NCBI GenBank assembly: GCA_039815185.1
Contig: JBCBZT010000001.1
Location: 206,149 to 270,148 of the forward strand
Length of the DNA stretch: 64,000 bases
Reading direction: 5' to 3'
Source: Cyanobacteria bacterium P01_A01_bin.123
GTDB lineage: Bacteria > Cyanobacteriota > Cyanobacteriia > Phormidesmidales > Phormidesmidaceae
Made by a program: the position numbers and the translations under genes. Below the pieces are notes generated by a model. It was not told the DNA's origin. It saw only the letters and a program-made list of their open reading frames with translations, and did not search any database. Below, piece after piece: positions 21,801 through 30,471 of the stretch (position 1 is its first letter; the number at the start of each line of letters is the position of its first letter).

Positions 21801-24188
21801 CGCGCCATCCGCGCTAAAACCCTTTTAGTGGTGAATGCCTTTGTGCGCCACTGGCGGGAGCCCTTGAAAAATACACTTCCCGCTTTTCAGGAAGCATTTC
21901 AAGTGGGGGCTGAAACAGGGGATACCGAATATGCCTCTTTCTCGGCTCAGGTCGCAGTGATGCATGGATTCTACAGTGGCCAAGCGCTTTCTGCCCTGGA
22001 TAAACAAGCAGTGACGCAAGAAGAAGCGGTTCACAAATTTAAGAAGCAGCCAATTGTGGAGCTGATGCAGGTGCATCGTCAAGCGATCGCCAACCTCCGG
22101 GGACAAAATGATGACCCCCGTCAGCTGATTGGGGAGATTTATAACGCCCCCGCCATGCTACCGGGCTACCTTGAAGGCAATTATCGTACGGCGCTGTTTT
22201 ACATCTATTCCCACTATGTCTCACTGAACTATTGGTTTGAAGACTATGCGGCGGCAGTGGATTACGGTGAGAAGGCAGTGCCTTATTTGGATTCTGTCAT
22301 TGCCCTTTATGTGGTGCCAGCGTTTTACTTTTACGATGCCCTCGCTTGCCTAGCCCTAGTGAATCAGGGAACCGATGCGAAACGGCAAGCCGCATTGTTG
22401 AAGCGAGTCAATAGAACCCGTAAACAGCTGCAACGATGGGCAAAAGCTGCCCCTAAGAACTATGGTCATAAGCTGGCCTTAATTGAGGCCGAAATGTACC
22501 GTCGCCAGGGCGCAATTTCCCTAGCGGGTGCCGCTTACGATCAAGCCATTGATCTCGCATTTGCGAATCAGTATGGGCACGAAGCTGCCCTTGCTAATGA
22601 ACTCGCCGCCAAGTTTTACTTGAGCCAGCGACGATCGAAGGTGGCCTCGGTTTACCTGCAAGATGCGCGCTATCTCTATGCTCAGTGGGGGGCAACGGCA
22701 AAAGTCCAGGCTCTAGAAGCAACCTATCCCCAACTGCGTCGCCGAGACTCTAATCGAGGCACGCTATCGACCCTATCAACGACTGGTGCTACCAGTACAC
22801 TACCCTCCCTAGATACAACCAGCGGTCAGGACGACACCTTAGATTTGGCTACGGTGATGAAAGCGGCTCAAACCTTATCGGGAGAAATTCAGCTAGATCG
22901 GTTGCTGTCCAGTTTGATGCGGCTATTGATTGAAAATGCTGGGGCTCAACGGGGGTTCATGCTACTGGAGACGGATCAACAATTCCGAGTTGAAGCCCAA
23001 TGGAATGTAGATCAGGAAACGGTTGAAGTTTCCGAATCCTTAGACCTGGAAAGCTGCAATCTGGTCTCGCCTGCAATCGTTAACTATGTTGCGCGCACCC
23101 AATCTAGTGTGGTGTTGAGTGATGCTTCGGCAGAAGGTGACTTCGTCCTGGATGCGTATATTCGACAACATCAACCCCGGTCTGTTTTGTGTGCGCCTTT
23201 AATCAATCAGGGGAAATTGGCAGGCATTGTTTATCTGGAAAATAACCTGACAACGGGAGCTTTTACGGCGGATCGGTTGGAACTGCTCAACGTACTGTCA
23301 GCCCAAGCCGCGATTTCGATTGAAAATGCTCGTCTGTATACAAACCTAGCCACCCTCAACCAGGATTTGATTACGCTCAACAAGTCCTATGAGCGGTTTG
23401 TGCCGCGTCAGTTTCTTAAGCTGCTCGATAAAGACAGTATTACAGAGGTGGAACTGGGCAATAGTGTCAAACAAGATATGTCAGTTTTATTTTCCGACAT
23501 TCGGGACTTCACCAGCCTTTCGGAGAAAATGTCCCCTGAGGATAATTTCCGGCTGATTAATGCCTTTCTTTCTCGCATGGACAAGGTGATTGCTGAGCAC
23601 AATGGCTTTATCGACAAATATATTGGCGATGCCCTAATGGCTCTATTCAATGGCCCTGCGGATGATGCAGTCCGCGCAGGATTGGCCATGCTAGAGGCAT
23701 TGAAAATCTACAACGAAAAGCGCGTCCGGTCTAACTATCAACCCCTGCGAATTGGCATCGGTATCAATACAGGGTCTTTGATGTTAGGAACGGTTGGTGG
23801 ACTCAACCGAATGGATGGCACGGTCATCAGTGATGCTGTGAACCTATCGGCTCGCATGGAAGGATTGACGAAATTTTACGGCGTTCCGCTCTTGATCACT
23901 GATAATACGTTCATGAGCTTGAAGAGTTACAGTCAGTATTATTTCCGAATTATTGATCGTGTCAAGGTTAAGGGCAAATCTAAAGCCGTTACGGTCTATG
24001 AGATTTTCAACCACGATGAACCCGCGTTACGGGATGCCAAGATGCGCACTAAGATGATGTTTGAAGAGGGGATTCTACTCTACAACAATCAGCAATTTAA
24101 TCAGGCTTATCGGTGTTTTGATGAGTGTTTTTCCTATAATCCAGACGATCATATTGCGTTGAACTATGCTCAGCGATCGCGCCGCTAA
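18807..24188 (+). CDS. Ser/Thr kinase-AAA ATPase-GAF-class III adenylate cyclase fusion
   Basis: IIHKDIN, IDFG, YISPEQTGR; P-loop GYSGIGKS with FLDDLQWAD; GAF; cyclase FSDIRDFT, DKYIGDA, DAVNLSARME. The start may be the ATG at 18846. Confidence 0.9.
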   Translation: MEKPSYSPYQIRPMLYVEGYRLLEELHNGSNSQVYRAYRESDRASVVLKFLRPEYPSPEQIARFRLEYDLTRSFDIPGIILTYGLEAYQNTFVLILEDFGAFPLKQAFQDKPLSTFDFLQQALQITEALAAIHQKDIIHKDINSTNILINPETQAVKIIDFGISTQLSQEQAAITNLHQLEGTLAYISPEQTGRMNRSLDYRTDFYSLGVTFYEMLTQRLPFENQDVVELVHSHIARQPRPPHELNPQVPPILSQIVMRLLEKNAEARYQSTFGLKTDLQRCLESWTTIGRIAPFDLGAQDQVERFHLPQKLYGREQEVITLLTAFERASRGRSEVMLVAGYSGIGKSVLVQEIYKPITQKRGYFITGKFDQFQRNIPYSALIQAFQTLIRQCLASSIEEIERWRAALLEALTPNAQIIIDVIPEVEVIIGPQPPAAELPPQEAQNRFNLVFQNFIQVFTQKQHPLAIFLDDLQWADSASLQLIQTLMGEANTRHLLFIGAYRDNEVGDTHPLQATLADLQAFGVPLRTIHLTPLEPADIRQLLQDTFLIQDETQVLPLVRLLKEKTQGNPFFMGEFLKSLYVDGHVTFDRHQRQWVWDLEQIQSAQMTNNVVELMAGKIQRLSASSQQALKVAACVGNQFSLSVLAIVLELPQATVAADLWAAMKMGLITAEGDDYKLLQVDDASVVAQLAEMEVVYHFIHDRVQQAAYTLIPDEARQMAHFRVGQLLLQSMTPEQQGENIFDLVNQLNFGLTLMPTVEKRQELAELNLKAGTKAIAAAAYGPALNYLLTGICSLEPDRWQQQYALALALHHTATEAALMVGDFEEMDRLIETVLNRAKTVLDCIPVYTVQIQALVARHELLAAVQVGLRVLRLLGFPLPEKPSQLQVLLGLLKSKIGLWGKSVARLAERPAMTDPKALAATQILASIASATYLTAPKVFPLTVFKQVGLTVKYGNTPISAFAYATYALILCGVVQDLKSGYRFGDLALKVLDRFNTRAIRAKTLLVVNAFVRHWREPLKNTLPAFQEAFQVGAETGDTEYASFSAQVAVMHGFYSGQALSALDKQAVTQEEAVHKFKKQPIVELMQVHRQAIANLRGQNDDPRQLIGEIYNAPAMLPGYLEGNYRTALFYIYSHYVSLNYWFEDYAAAVDYGEKAVPYLDSVIALYVVPAFYFYDALACLALVNQGTDAKRQAALLKRVNRTRKQLQRWAKAAPKNYGHKLALIEAEMYRRQGAISLAGAAYDQAIDLAFANQYGHEAALANELAAKFYLSQRRSKVASVYLQDARYLYAQWGATAKVQALEATYPQLRRRDSNRGTLSTLSTTGATSTLPSLDTTSGQDDTLDLATVMKAAQTLSGEIQLDRLLSSLMRLLIENAGAQRGFMLLETDQQFRVEAQWNVDQETVEVSESLDLESCNLVSPAIVNYVARTQSSVVLSDASAEGDFVLDAYIRQHQPRSVLCAPLINQGKLAGIVYLENNLTTGAFTADRLELLNVLSAQAAISIENARLYTNLATLNQDLITLNKSYERFVPRQFLKLLDKDSITEVELGNSVKQDMSVLFSDIRDFTSLSEKMSPEDNFRLINAFLSRMDKVIAEHNGFIDKYIGDALMALFNGPADDAVRAGLAMLEALKIYNEKRVRSNYQPLRIGIGINTGSLMLGTVGGLNRMDGTVISDAVNLSARMEGLTKFYGVPLLITDNTFMSLKSYSQYYFRIIDRVKVKGKSKAVTVYEIFNHDEPALRDAKMRTKMMFEEGILLYNNQQFNQAYRCFDECFSYNPDDHIALNYAQRSRR

Positions 24189-24232
24189 AAAATTACTGCC
24201 ATGCAGATGTACTGCATTATTGGTTGAGGGGT

Positions 24233-24427
24233 TTATCTATTCTCTAGCCAATCGAACATATAGCTCACCTCATCAAGCGTTACCAGACCATATTTCCATA
24301 GGATGATCGGCAACAAACTAAAGTCACCATCGTAATGTCTTAGGGCAAGTGAAACAGAAGCGTTAGAAAGCGATAGATCACTTTCTAAAAATTGAATAAA
24401 TTGGGATTCAAAGATAGATGTCATCAC
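24233..24427 (-). CDS. DUF2949-like small protein
   Basis: LPIILWKYGLVTLDEV..MFDWLE motif. Confidence 0.8.
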   Translation of the reverse strand: MMTSIFESQFIQFLESDLSLSNASVSLALRHYDGDFSLLPIILWKYGLVTLDEVSYMFDWLENR

Positions 24428-24589
24428 AGGTTATCCACAAACTTTAAATCTTGGTTGCCTCCAGCCCCGTAGATCGTCCTGAGTTAAAACTCAAGTTTTC
24501 AAATCGGATGGGGTGCGTGGGTTGTTTTAAACCCAACCCTAATCTGCCAGAGACTCAAGAAATGAGCCCTTGACCTTATATAGATAAGA

Positions 24590-24624
24590 ATTGTGGAGAA
24601 GAGTTGTGAGGAAACTGTGAGGAA
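24590..24624 (-). promoter_or_regulatory. Putative wHTH operator/promoter motif A, facing the DUF2949 gene
   Basis: Minus strand TTCCTCACAGTTTCCTCACAACTCTTCTCCACAAT; TCACA repeated at 11-bp period; 27/35 identical to 28293-28327. Confidence 0.55.
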
Positions 24625-24746
24625 CACGAACATAATTAAAGTTAGGTGACTATATCAAACAAAATATTTCTCAGCTAATTTTCATCATAGTCAGCTTCCC
24701 ATTGCCAATGGGGTCATCGCTACACAATCCTCTTTAGGAGGCCATC

Positions 24747-27700
24747 GTGAAGATTCTGGTTGTAGAAGACGATCCAACGGTTGCGCAGACCTTACAACAT
24801 CTGCTCTCTAGCTACCACTACGCAGTTGATACTGCAGCCGATGGCGAAGTTGGGCTGCAAATGGCAGATGCCTTTGACTATGACTTGATGTTGCTCGACA
24901 TCTTGTTGCCTCGATTAGATGGAATTAGCCTGTGCCAACAGTTACGGGCCAGCGGGTCTCAGATCCCTATTTTATTGTTGACGGGCCAAGGGGGCGGGCA
25001 TCAAAAAGCAACTGCGCTCAATATCGGTGCGGATGATTATATTGTTAAGCCCTTTGATGCTGAGGAGCTGATTGCGCGGGTGCAGGCCCTACTGCGTCGC
25101 GGGGGGCCTAAAAACCAACCGATATTAGCGTGGGGTAATCTATCGATTGATCCCAGTCGGCGTCGGGTGATTTATGATACTCACCTCATCTCTGTGACGC
25201 CAAAAGAGTACGCCATTTTAGAGTTATTTTTGCGAAATAATCAGACGGTGTTTAGCGCCAGCGCGATCCTAGACCATGTTTGGGAGTCTGCTGAATCTCC
25301 AGGAGAAGAAGCCGTGCGGGTTCACATCAAGGAGATCCGGCAAAAATTGAAAGCTGCTGGTGCCCCCAAGGACTTGATTAAAACCATACATCGGGTGGGT
25401 TATCGGCTAAATCCACTGTATTCGTCCTTCCTGGCGACTCAGCGTGAGCAACCCTTGACCCCAGGGCAAATTGCTGAACTCAAATCAGTGAATGGAGAAT
25501 TGCGAGTAGCGCTAGAACAACTGCGATCGACCCAGGCAGAGCTCCACCAGAAAAATCAAGAGTTAGCGATCGCCTATCAAACACTTGAACAAGAGCAGCA
25601 GCAATTACAAACCGCTCGGGATCAACTGGAAGGTCGGGTAGCAGAGCGCACTGCGAAATTAGCTGAGGCTGATCACCAACGCCAGCAACAAGATCATCAA
25701 TGGCAAGCGCTATTTGAACGAGAACAGCTGATTACTGAAATTACCGATTCAATTCGGCAAACCCTTGATTTAGATCAGATCTTGCATTCCGCAGTGGATC
25801 AGGTCCGGCAAATTCTGCAAACTGATCGGGTGATCATCTTTCGATTCCAACCCGATTGGAAAGGCAAGGTCGTTGCCGAATCTGTGTCATCGGATTGGAC
25901 TGCGATTTTATCCACAAAAATCCATGATCCCTGTCTGGGCAAAAACTATACGGAACGTTATCGCCAGGGGCGGGTCACGGTGACGCCAGACCTGCACGCA
26001 GCAAACATCAGCCCATGCTATCTAGAACTGCTAAATCATTTTCAGGTACGGGCGAACTTGGTAGTGCCCATCTTGCAAGGCGAAAAATTGTGGGGATTGC
26101 TAATTGCCCATCACTGTTCGGCACCCCGACAGTGGGAAACTGACAATATTCAGCTGCTCCAGCAAGTGGCAATTCAGCTCGGGATTGCCCTCCAACAGGC
26201 AGAGCTCTATCAAAGAACACACCGTGAGTTGCAAGAACGACGCCAAATCCAAGATGCCCTCCAAGAAAGTGAAGAACGCTTTCGATCCCTTAGTGTCTTT
26301 GCCCCCGTCGGCATCTATCAAACGGATATTGATGGTCATTTCGTATATACCAATCCCCGCTGGCAAGAAATTGCCGGTTTAACCTTCGAAGAGAGCCTGG
26401 GAGCAGGCTGGGAGCAAGGTATCCACCCAGATGATCAAAAAATGGTCTTTACTGCGTGGCATCAACTTATTTGTCAGAAAAATGACTTTTCCCTGGAGTT
26501 TCGCTTCCTCACGCCTGAAGGCAAGGAGCGCTGGGTTTTTGGACAGGCGACAGCTATTCGCTCAGTCACAGGACAAGTGATTGGCTATGTCGGCGTGAAC
26601 GAAGACATCACTGAACAAAAGCAGGCTGAAATCGCGTTGCATGAAAGCGAAGCCCGTTTTCGCCAGATGGCCGCCTTATTAGATATTTCCCCCGATGCCA
26701 TTTTTGTGCGCGATCTCGACCAGCACATTCTCTATTGGAATCAGGGTGCCGAGCGGCTGTATGGCTGGCAAGCCGCAGAGGCAATTGGTCAGAGAGCGAA
26801 TGAACTTTTGCAAAACGAGGATACTCAGACCCAGAAGATTTTGCAAACGCTGCTGGAGCAGGGTGAGTGGCGGGGGGAACTCCGCAAAGTGACCAAAGCG
26901 GGTCAGGAAGTTATCACTGAAGGCCGTTGGACGTTAGCGCGGGATGAGACCGGTCAACCCAAATTTATTCTGTCAGTCGATACTGACGTGACTGAAAAGA
27001 AACAACTAGAAGCTCAGTTTTATCAAGCCCAACGACTGGAGAGCCTGGGTAGATTGGCTAGCGGTATTGCCCACGACCTTAACAATGTATTGACCCCGAT
27101 CTTGACCATTACTCAGCTTTTACGCCTGACGCAGCCAGATCTCGATAAAACCACTCGGGAGCGGTTGAAACTGGTAGAGGACAGCGCTAAACGGGGGGCT
27201 GATATGGTCAAACAAGTGCTGACCTTCACCCAGGGCAGCAGTCGGGAGCGAACCCCAGTGGCCCTTGCCCCACTCTTGCAAGAAGTGACCAGCATGGCGC
27301 GACAAAGTTTTCCAAAATCCATCAAAATTCGCCAAAAGTTTTCAGCATCAGAGCACCCAAAGCGATCGCTGGGGGCTGTTGCGGCTGATCCAACTCACCT
27401 ACATCAGGTGTTGATGAACCTGTGTATTAATGCCCGTGATGCGATGCCCCATGGCGGCACGCTGACCCTCTCCGCCGAAAATAACTTCGTTGATGAGACC
27501 ACTGCCCAGCGAAATTGGGGTGCCCAGGTTGGCAATCATGTGGTCATTACCATTGCCGACACCGGCACTGGGATTGCGCCTGAAGTGCGCGATCGCATGT
27601 TTGATCCCTTTTTTACGACTAAAGAGACAGGCCAAGGTATTGGCCTCGGCCTTGCCACAGTTTTAGGGATTGTCAAAAACTACGGTGGGTTTTTGCAAGT

Positions 27701-28166
27701 CTTCAGCGAAGTTGGCCAGGGAACTCAAGTGAAGGTGTATTTACCCGCCATTGAAGCCGCTTCAACTGAAGACAATCCGTCAAGCGAGCAGTTTAACGGA
27801 CAGGGAGAACTGGTTTTAATTGTGGATGATGACAATGCGGTGCAACAAACGACTCAAACGCTGCTAGAAAGCCACCACTATACGACGTTATTGGCTAATG
27901 ATGGTGTGGAGGCGATCGCCCTGTTTACCCATTATCACAATGACATCAAACTGGTCGTCTTAGATGTGATGATGCCTAATATGGGCGGCATCCCCCTAAT
28001 TCAAAGACTTAAGGCCTTGAATCCGATAATTAAAATCATTGCCATCAGTGGATTACCTGCTAATCGAGCTCCAGTTTTAGCCGCAGGAGCCAATGCCTTT
28101 TTGCCCAAGCCTTATCCCATAGAAAACTTTTTAAGGGCTGTAGAACTAGCCCATACGCAATCGTAA
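24747..28166 (+). CDS. REC-wHTH-GAF(CBCR-like)-PAS-PAS-HK-REC hybrid regulator/kinase
   Basis: OmpR-type N-terminus (VTPKEYAILELF, VRVHIKEIRQKL, IHRVGYRL); GAF with HDPCL and SPCYLELL; two PAS; AHDLNNVL; HATPase; C-terminal REC. Confidence 0.88.
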   Translation: MKILVVEDDPTVAQTLQHLLSSYHYAVDTAADGEVGLQMADAFDYDLMLLDILLPRLDGISLCQQLRASGSQIPILLLTGQGGGHQKATALNIGADDYIVKPFDAEELIARVQALLRRGGPKNQPILAWGNLSIDPSRRRVIYDTHLISVTPKEYAILELFLRNNQTVFSASAILDHVWESAESPGEEAVRVHIKEIRQKLKAAGAPKDLIKTIHRVGYRLNPLYSSFLATQREQPLTPGQIAELKSVNGELRVALEQLRSTQAELHQKNQELAIAYQTLEQEQQQLQTARDQLEGRVAERTAKLAEADHQRQQQDHQWQALFEREQLITEITDSIRQTLDLDQILHSAVDQVRQILQTDRVIIFRFQPDWKGKVVAESVSSDWTAILSTKIHDPCLGKNYTERYRQGRVTVTPDLHAANISPCYLELLNHFQVRANLVVPILQGEKLWGLLIAHHCSAPRQWETDNIQLLQQVAIQLGIALQQAELYQRTHRELQERRQIQDALQESEERFRSLSVFAPVGIYQTDIDGHFVYTNPRWQEIAGLTFEESLGAGWEQGIHPDDQKMVFTAWHQLICQKNDFSLEFRFLTPEGKERWVFGQATAIRSVTGQVIGYVGVNEDITEQKQAEIALHESEARFRQMAALLDISPDAIFVRDLDQHILYWNQGAERLYGWQAAEAIGQRANELLQNEDTQTQKILQTLLEQGEWRGELRKVTKAGQEVITEGRWTLARDETGQPKFILSVDTDVTEKKQLEAQFYQAQRLESLGRLASGIAHDLNNVLTPILTITQLLRLTQPDLDKTTRERLKLVEDSAKRGADMVKQVLTFTQGSSRERTPVALAPLLQEVTSMARQSFPKSIKIRQKFSASEHPKRSLGAVAADPTHLHQVLMNLCINARDAMPHGGTLTLSAENNFVDETTAQRNWGAQVGNHVVITIADTGTGIAPEVRDRMFDPFFTTKETGQGIGLGLATVLGIVKNYGGFLQVFSEVGQGTQVKVYLPAIEAASTEDNPSSEQFNGQGELVLIVDDDNAVQQTTQTLLESHHYTTLLANDGVEAIALFTHYHNDIKLVVLDVMMPNMGGIPLIQRLKALNPIIKIIAISGLPANRAPVLAAGANAFLPKPYPIENFLRAVELAHTQS

Positions 28167-28292
28167 CGAGACCCAGCAGAATTGTGTGTCGGCATTTTGC
28201 ATACCCCTGATTCCAGGCTACCGCAGCTTCAGATCCGGTTTGCACTTGCCGGAAGCGTTACAAAATATTTCGGCGTACTCCCAACATCTACA

Positions 28293-28327
28293 TTCCTCAC
28301 AGCTTTTTCACAATTGCTCCCCATAAT
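28293..28327 (+). promoter_or_regulatory. Putative wHTH operator/promoter motif B, facing the DUF1816 gene
   Basis: TTCCTCACAGCTTTTTCACAATTGCTCCCCATAAT, ending in a -10-like CATAAT. Confidence 0.55.
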
Positions 28328-28525
28328 GATTTTTAACAGTTCTGGAGTTGCTTATTCCTGATTAAGAATTGTTAGAATCCTGACAACTTCTTTATAAGCG
28401 CTCACCATAATTATTCTATAGACTGAGCTTGTTCATAATTCATTAAAGAATGTTTACAAACATTTTTCATGGAGTTGAACTGCCACTAGGGTATCAATCC
28501 TTAATTTAAATCAGAGATTAAAACC

Positions 28526-28843
28526 ATGATCGCATCTGTAAAAGAGCAAAAAGAACAACCAAAATCCCAACAGATTGAAGCCCTTTCATTAGCTTGGTGG
28601 CTTCAGTTTGAAGCTTCAAACCCAACCTGCATATACTTCTGCGGCCCATTTGAGAGTCAACAAGAAGCAGACGCTTCTATAGATCTCTATTTGGAAAACT
28701 TCAAGCAAGAACATGAGCAAATCGTCAATGTCAGCAGCAGATTTTGCCAGCCCCGGCAATCTATGATCACCGAGTGTGAATTAACCTTTGCAGACTTGGC
28801 AAATTCGTCTCTCCCATTTTTTAGGTGCTTAATCAAGCATTAA
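28526..28843 (+). CDS. DUF1816-like protein
   Basis: LAWWLQF...PTCIYFCGPFES..EA......E...E....CQP...T pattern. Confidence 0.75.
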   Translation: MIASVKEQKEQPKSQQIEALSLAWWLQFEASNPTCIYFCGPFESQQEADASIDLYLENFKQEHEQIVNVSSRFCQPRQSMITECELTFADLANSSLPFFRCLIKH

Positions 28844-28895
28844 TCACAGGGGTATGTGTCTCAAAGCGCTTGAGGCACTGCGCAAAGCTATTATC

Positions 28896-28929
28896 AAACC
28901 GCCACAATGCATCGCGCTGTGGCGGTTTT
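28896..28929. terminator. Intrinsic terminator hairpin
   Basis: AAACCGCCACA...TGTGGCGGTTTT between convergent genes. Confidence 0.7.
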
Positions 28930-28933
28930 GAAT

Positions 28934-28997
28934 TATGGTGCTGGCCAGATTGCTTAATGCACCGAGTATCGCCAGACTTCTGAGTATGCAAGCAATC
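28934..28997 (+). repeat. Partial copy (left hairpin) of the dispersed repeat
   Basis: GCTGGCCAGATTGCTTAATGCACCGAGTATCGCCA...AAGCAATC. Confidence 0.8.
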
Positions 28998-29006
28998 ATT
29001 TGAACT

Positions 29007-29483
29007 TTACATCTCCTCAGCCAACGGTGGGAGCCGTTGCTGAATGGGTGACGACTGAATCAAGGATGTGTTGGTTTGAGCATAAGGGATCAGCCGATCG
29101 ATGATGGGTTCAAGTTCATCGGCAGACCTAATATAAACTTTGGCAATGAAACAGTCATCGCCCGTAATCCGATCGCACGACACAATCTCAGCGATCTCAG
29201 TGATGAGAGAAACAACTTTTGAAAGTTGCCCGGGGAGAGGCCGAATTCGAATATAGAACGCTAGAGAGTAGCCCAGCATTTGGGGATTGATTTCGATTGT
29301 AAAGGCTTGGATGAGGCCAGACTCCTCTAGTCGGCGTAGGCGCTCAGACACGCTTGGGGCAGACATATTGAGCAATCTAGCCAAATCTGCAATAGAGGTT
29401 CTGGCGTCTGTCTTTAAGGCATAGAGTAGTTTAATGTCTACGCTGTCTAATCTAGCTTTTTGCATTCGAAGGCGTTTTTCCAT
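29007..29483 (-). CDS. Lrp/AsnC family transcriptional regulator
   Basis: LDSVDIKLL..L..DAR.S..DLA..LNMSAPSVSERLRRLE; RITGDDCF. Confidence 0.92.
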   Translation of the reverse strand: MEKRLRMQKARLDSVDIKLLYALKTDARTSIADLARLLNMSAPSVSERLRRLEESGLIQAFTIEINPQMLGYSLAFYIRIRPLPGQLSKVVSLITEIAEIVSCDRITGDDCFIAKVYIRSADELEPIIDRLIPYAQTNTSLIQSSPIQQRLPPLAEEM

Positions 29484-29568
29484 TTTTCCCTTGATTACTT
29501 AGCCAAAACTTCTATACTGACTTTGAATTGGCATGTCAAGCGCCAAAAAGCATTGATACGATTAGCGC

Positions 29569-30456
29569 ATGAAAATACCCAGCGTTATATCGTCCCGTGC
29601 GGCAGCAGCACCGCCACACCTTTGGTTCGTCATCAGCGCCATCTTCCACTATTTAGGGCCGTCATTCGCTGTCCTGCTTTTCCAACATGTGGGTGTCTTA
29701 GGCGTGGCTTGGTTTCGGATTACCAGTGCAGCATTGATTTTTGCCATTTGGACAAAGCCCTGGCAAACGTTTCGTTCGGCAAGTCGAGACGTCATTGTTC
29801 TGTTATTGCTGCTGGGGGCCTGCCTTGCAGTCATGAACAGCACGTTTTACTTGGCCATTGATCGTTTGCCACTCAGCCTGGTGGCGGCAATCGAGTTTGT
29901 GGGCACAATTGCGATCGCGCTGTTTGGATTAAGGTCGCGGCACAACTATATGGCGTTGTTACTGGCCATAGTCGGCGTCTTTATTCTGACTGATGTACGT
30001 TGGTCTAGCGATCCGCTAGGACTTGCCTTTGCCGTTATAAATGGCTTGTTGTTCATGGCTTACATCGTGCTGGGTCATCGCATTGCACACCATGGCGCAG
30101 GGGAGGGCGTAGGACGTTTGGGCGCTGCTATGGCGGCAGCTTTTATTTTTGTGATGCCCATTGGACTCTCTGACGCGATCGCGGCCCTTCCTCATCCCGC
30201 ACTTATTTTTGCAGGCATTGGGGTCGGTGTCAGTTCTTCAGTGATTCCCTACATTTGTGACCAACTGGCGATGTCTCGACTGCCGCGAAATTCATTTGCG
30301 CTCCTACTGGCGTTGCTGCCTGCCACTGCAACAATAGTCGGTGCAATCGTATTGGGTCAGATTCCAACCTTGAAAGATATCATCGGCATTTTATTGGTGA
30401 TGGCTGGTGTAGCCTTGCACAAACCTGCAACATCAATCCCATCCGATAGGGTGTAA
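29569..30456 (+). CDS. EamA/RhtA-like amino-acid exporter (DMT family)
   Basis: About 10 TM segments, FYLAIDRLPL..AIEFVG, SSVIPY; divergent from the Lrp gene. Confidence 0.88.
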   Translation: MKIPSVISSRAAAAPPHLWFVISAIFHYLGPSFAVLLFQHVGVLGVAWFRITSAALIFAIWTKPWQTFRSASRDVIVLLLLLGACLAVMNSTFYLAIDRLPLSLVAAIEFVGTIAIALFGLRSRHNYMALLLAIVGVFILTDVRWSSDPLGLAFAVINGLLFMAYIVLGHRIAHHGAGEGVGRLGAAMAAAFIFVMPIGLSDAIAALPHPALIFAGIGVGVSSSVIPYICDQLAMSRLPRNSFALLLALLPATATIVGAIVLGQIPTLKDIIGILLVMAGVALHKPATSIPSDRV

Positions 30457-30471
30457 AGTGCAATCTTGTCA

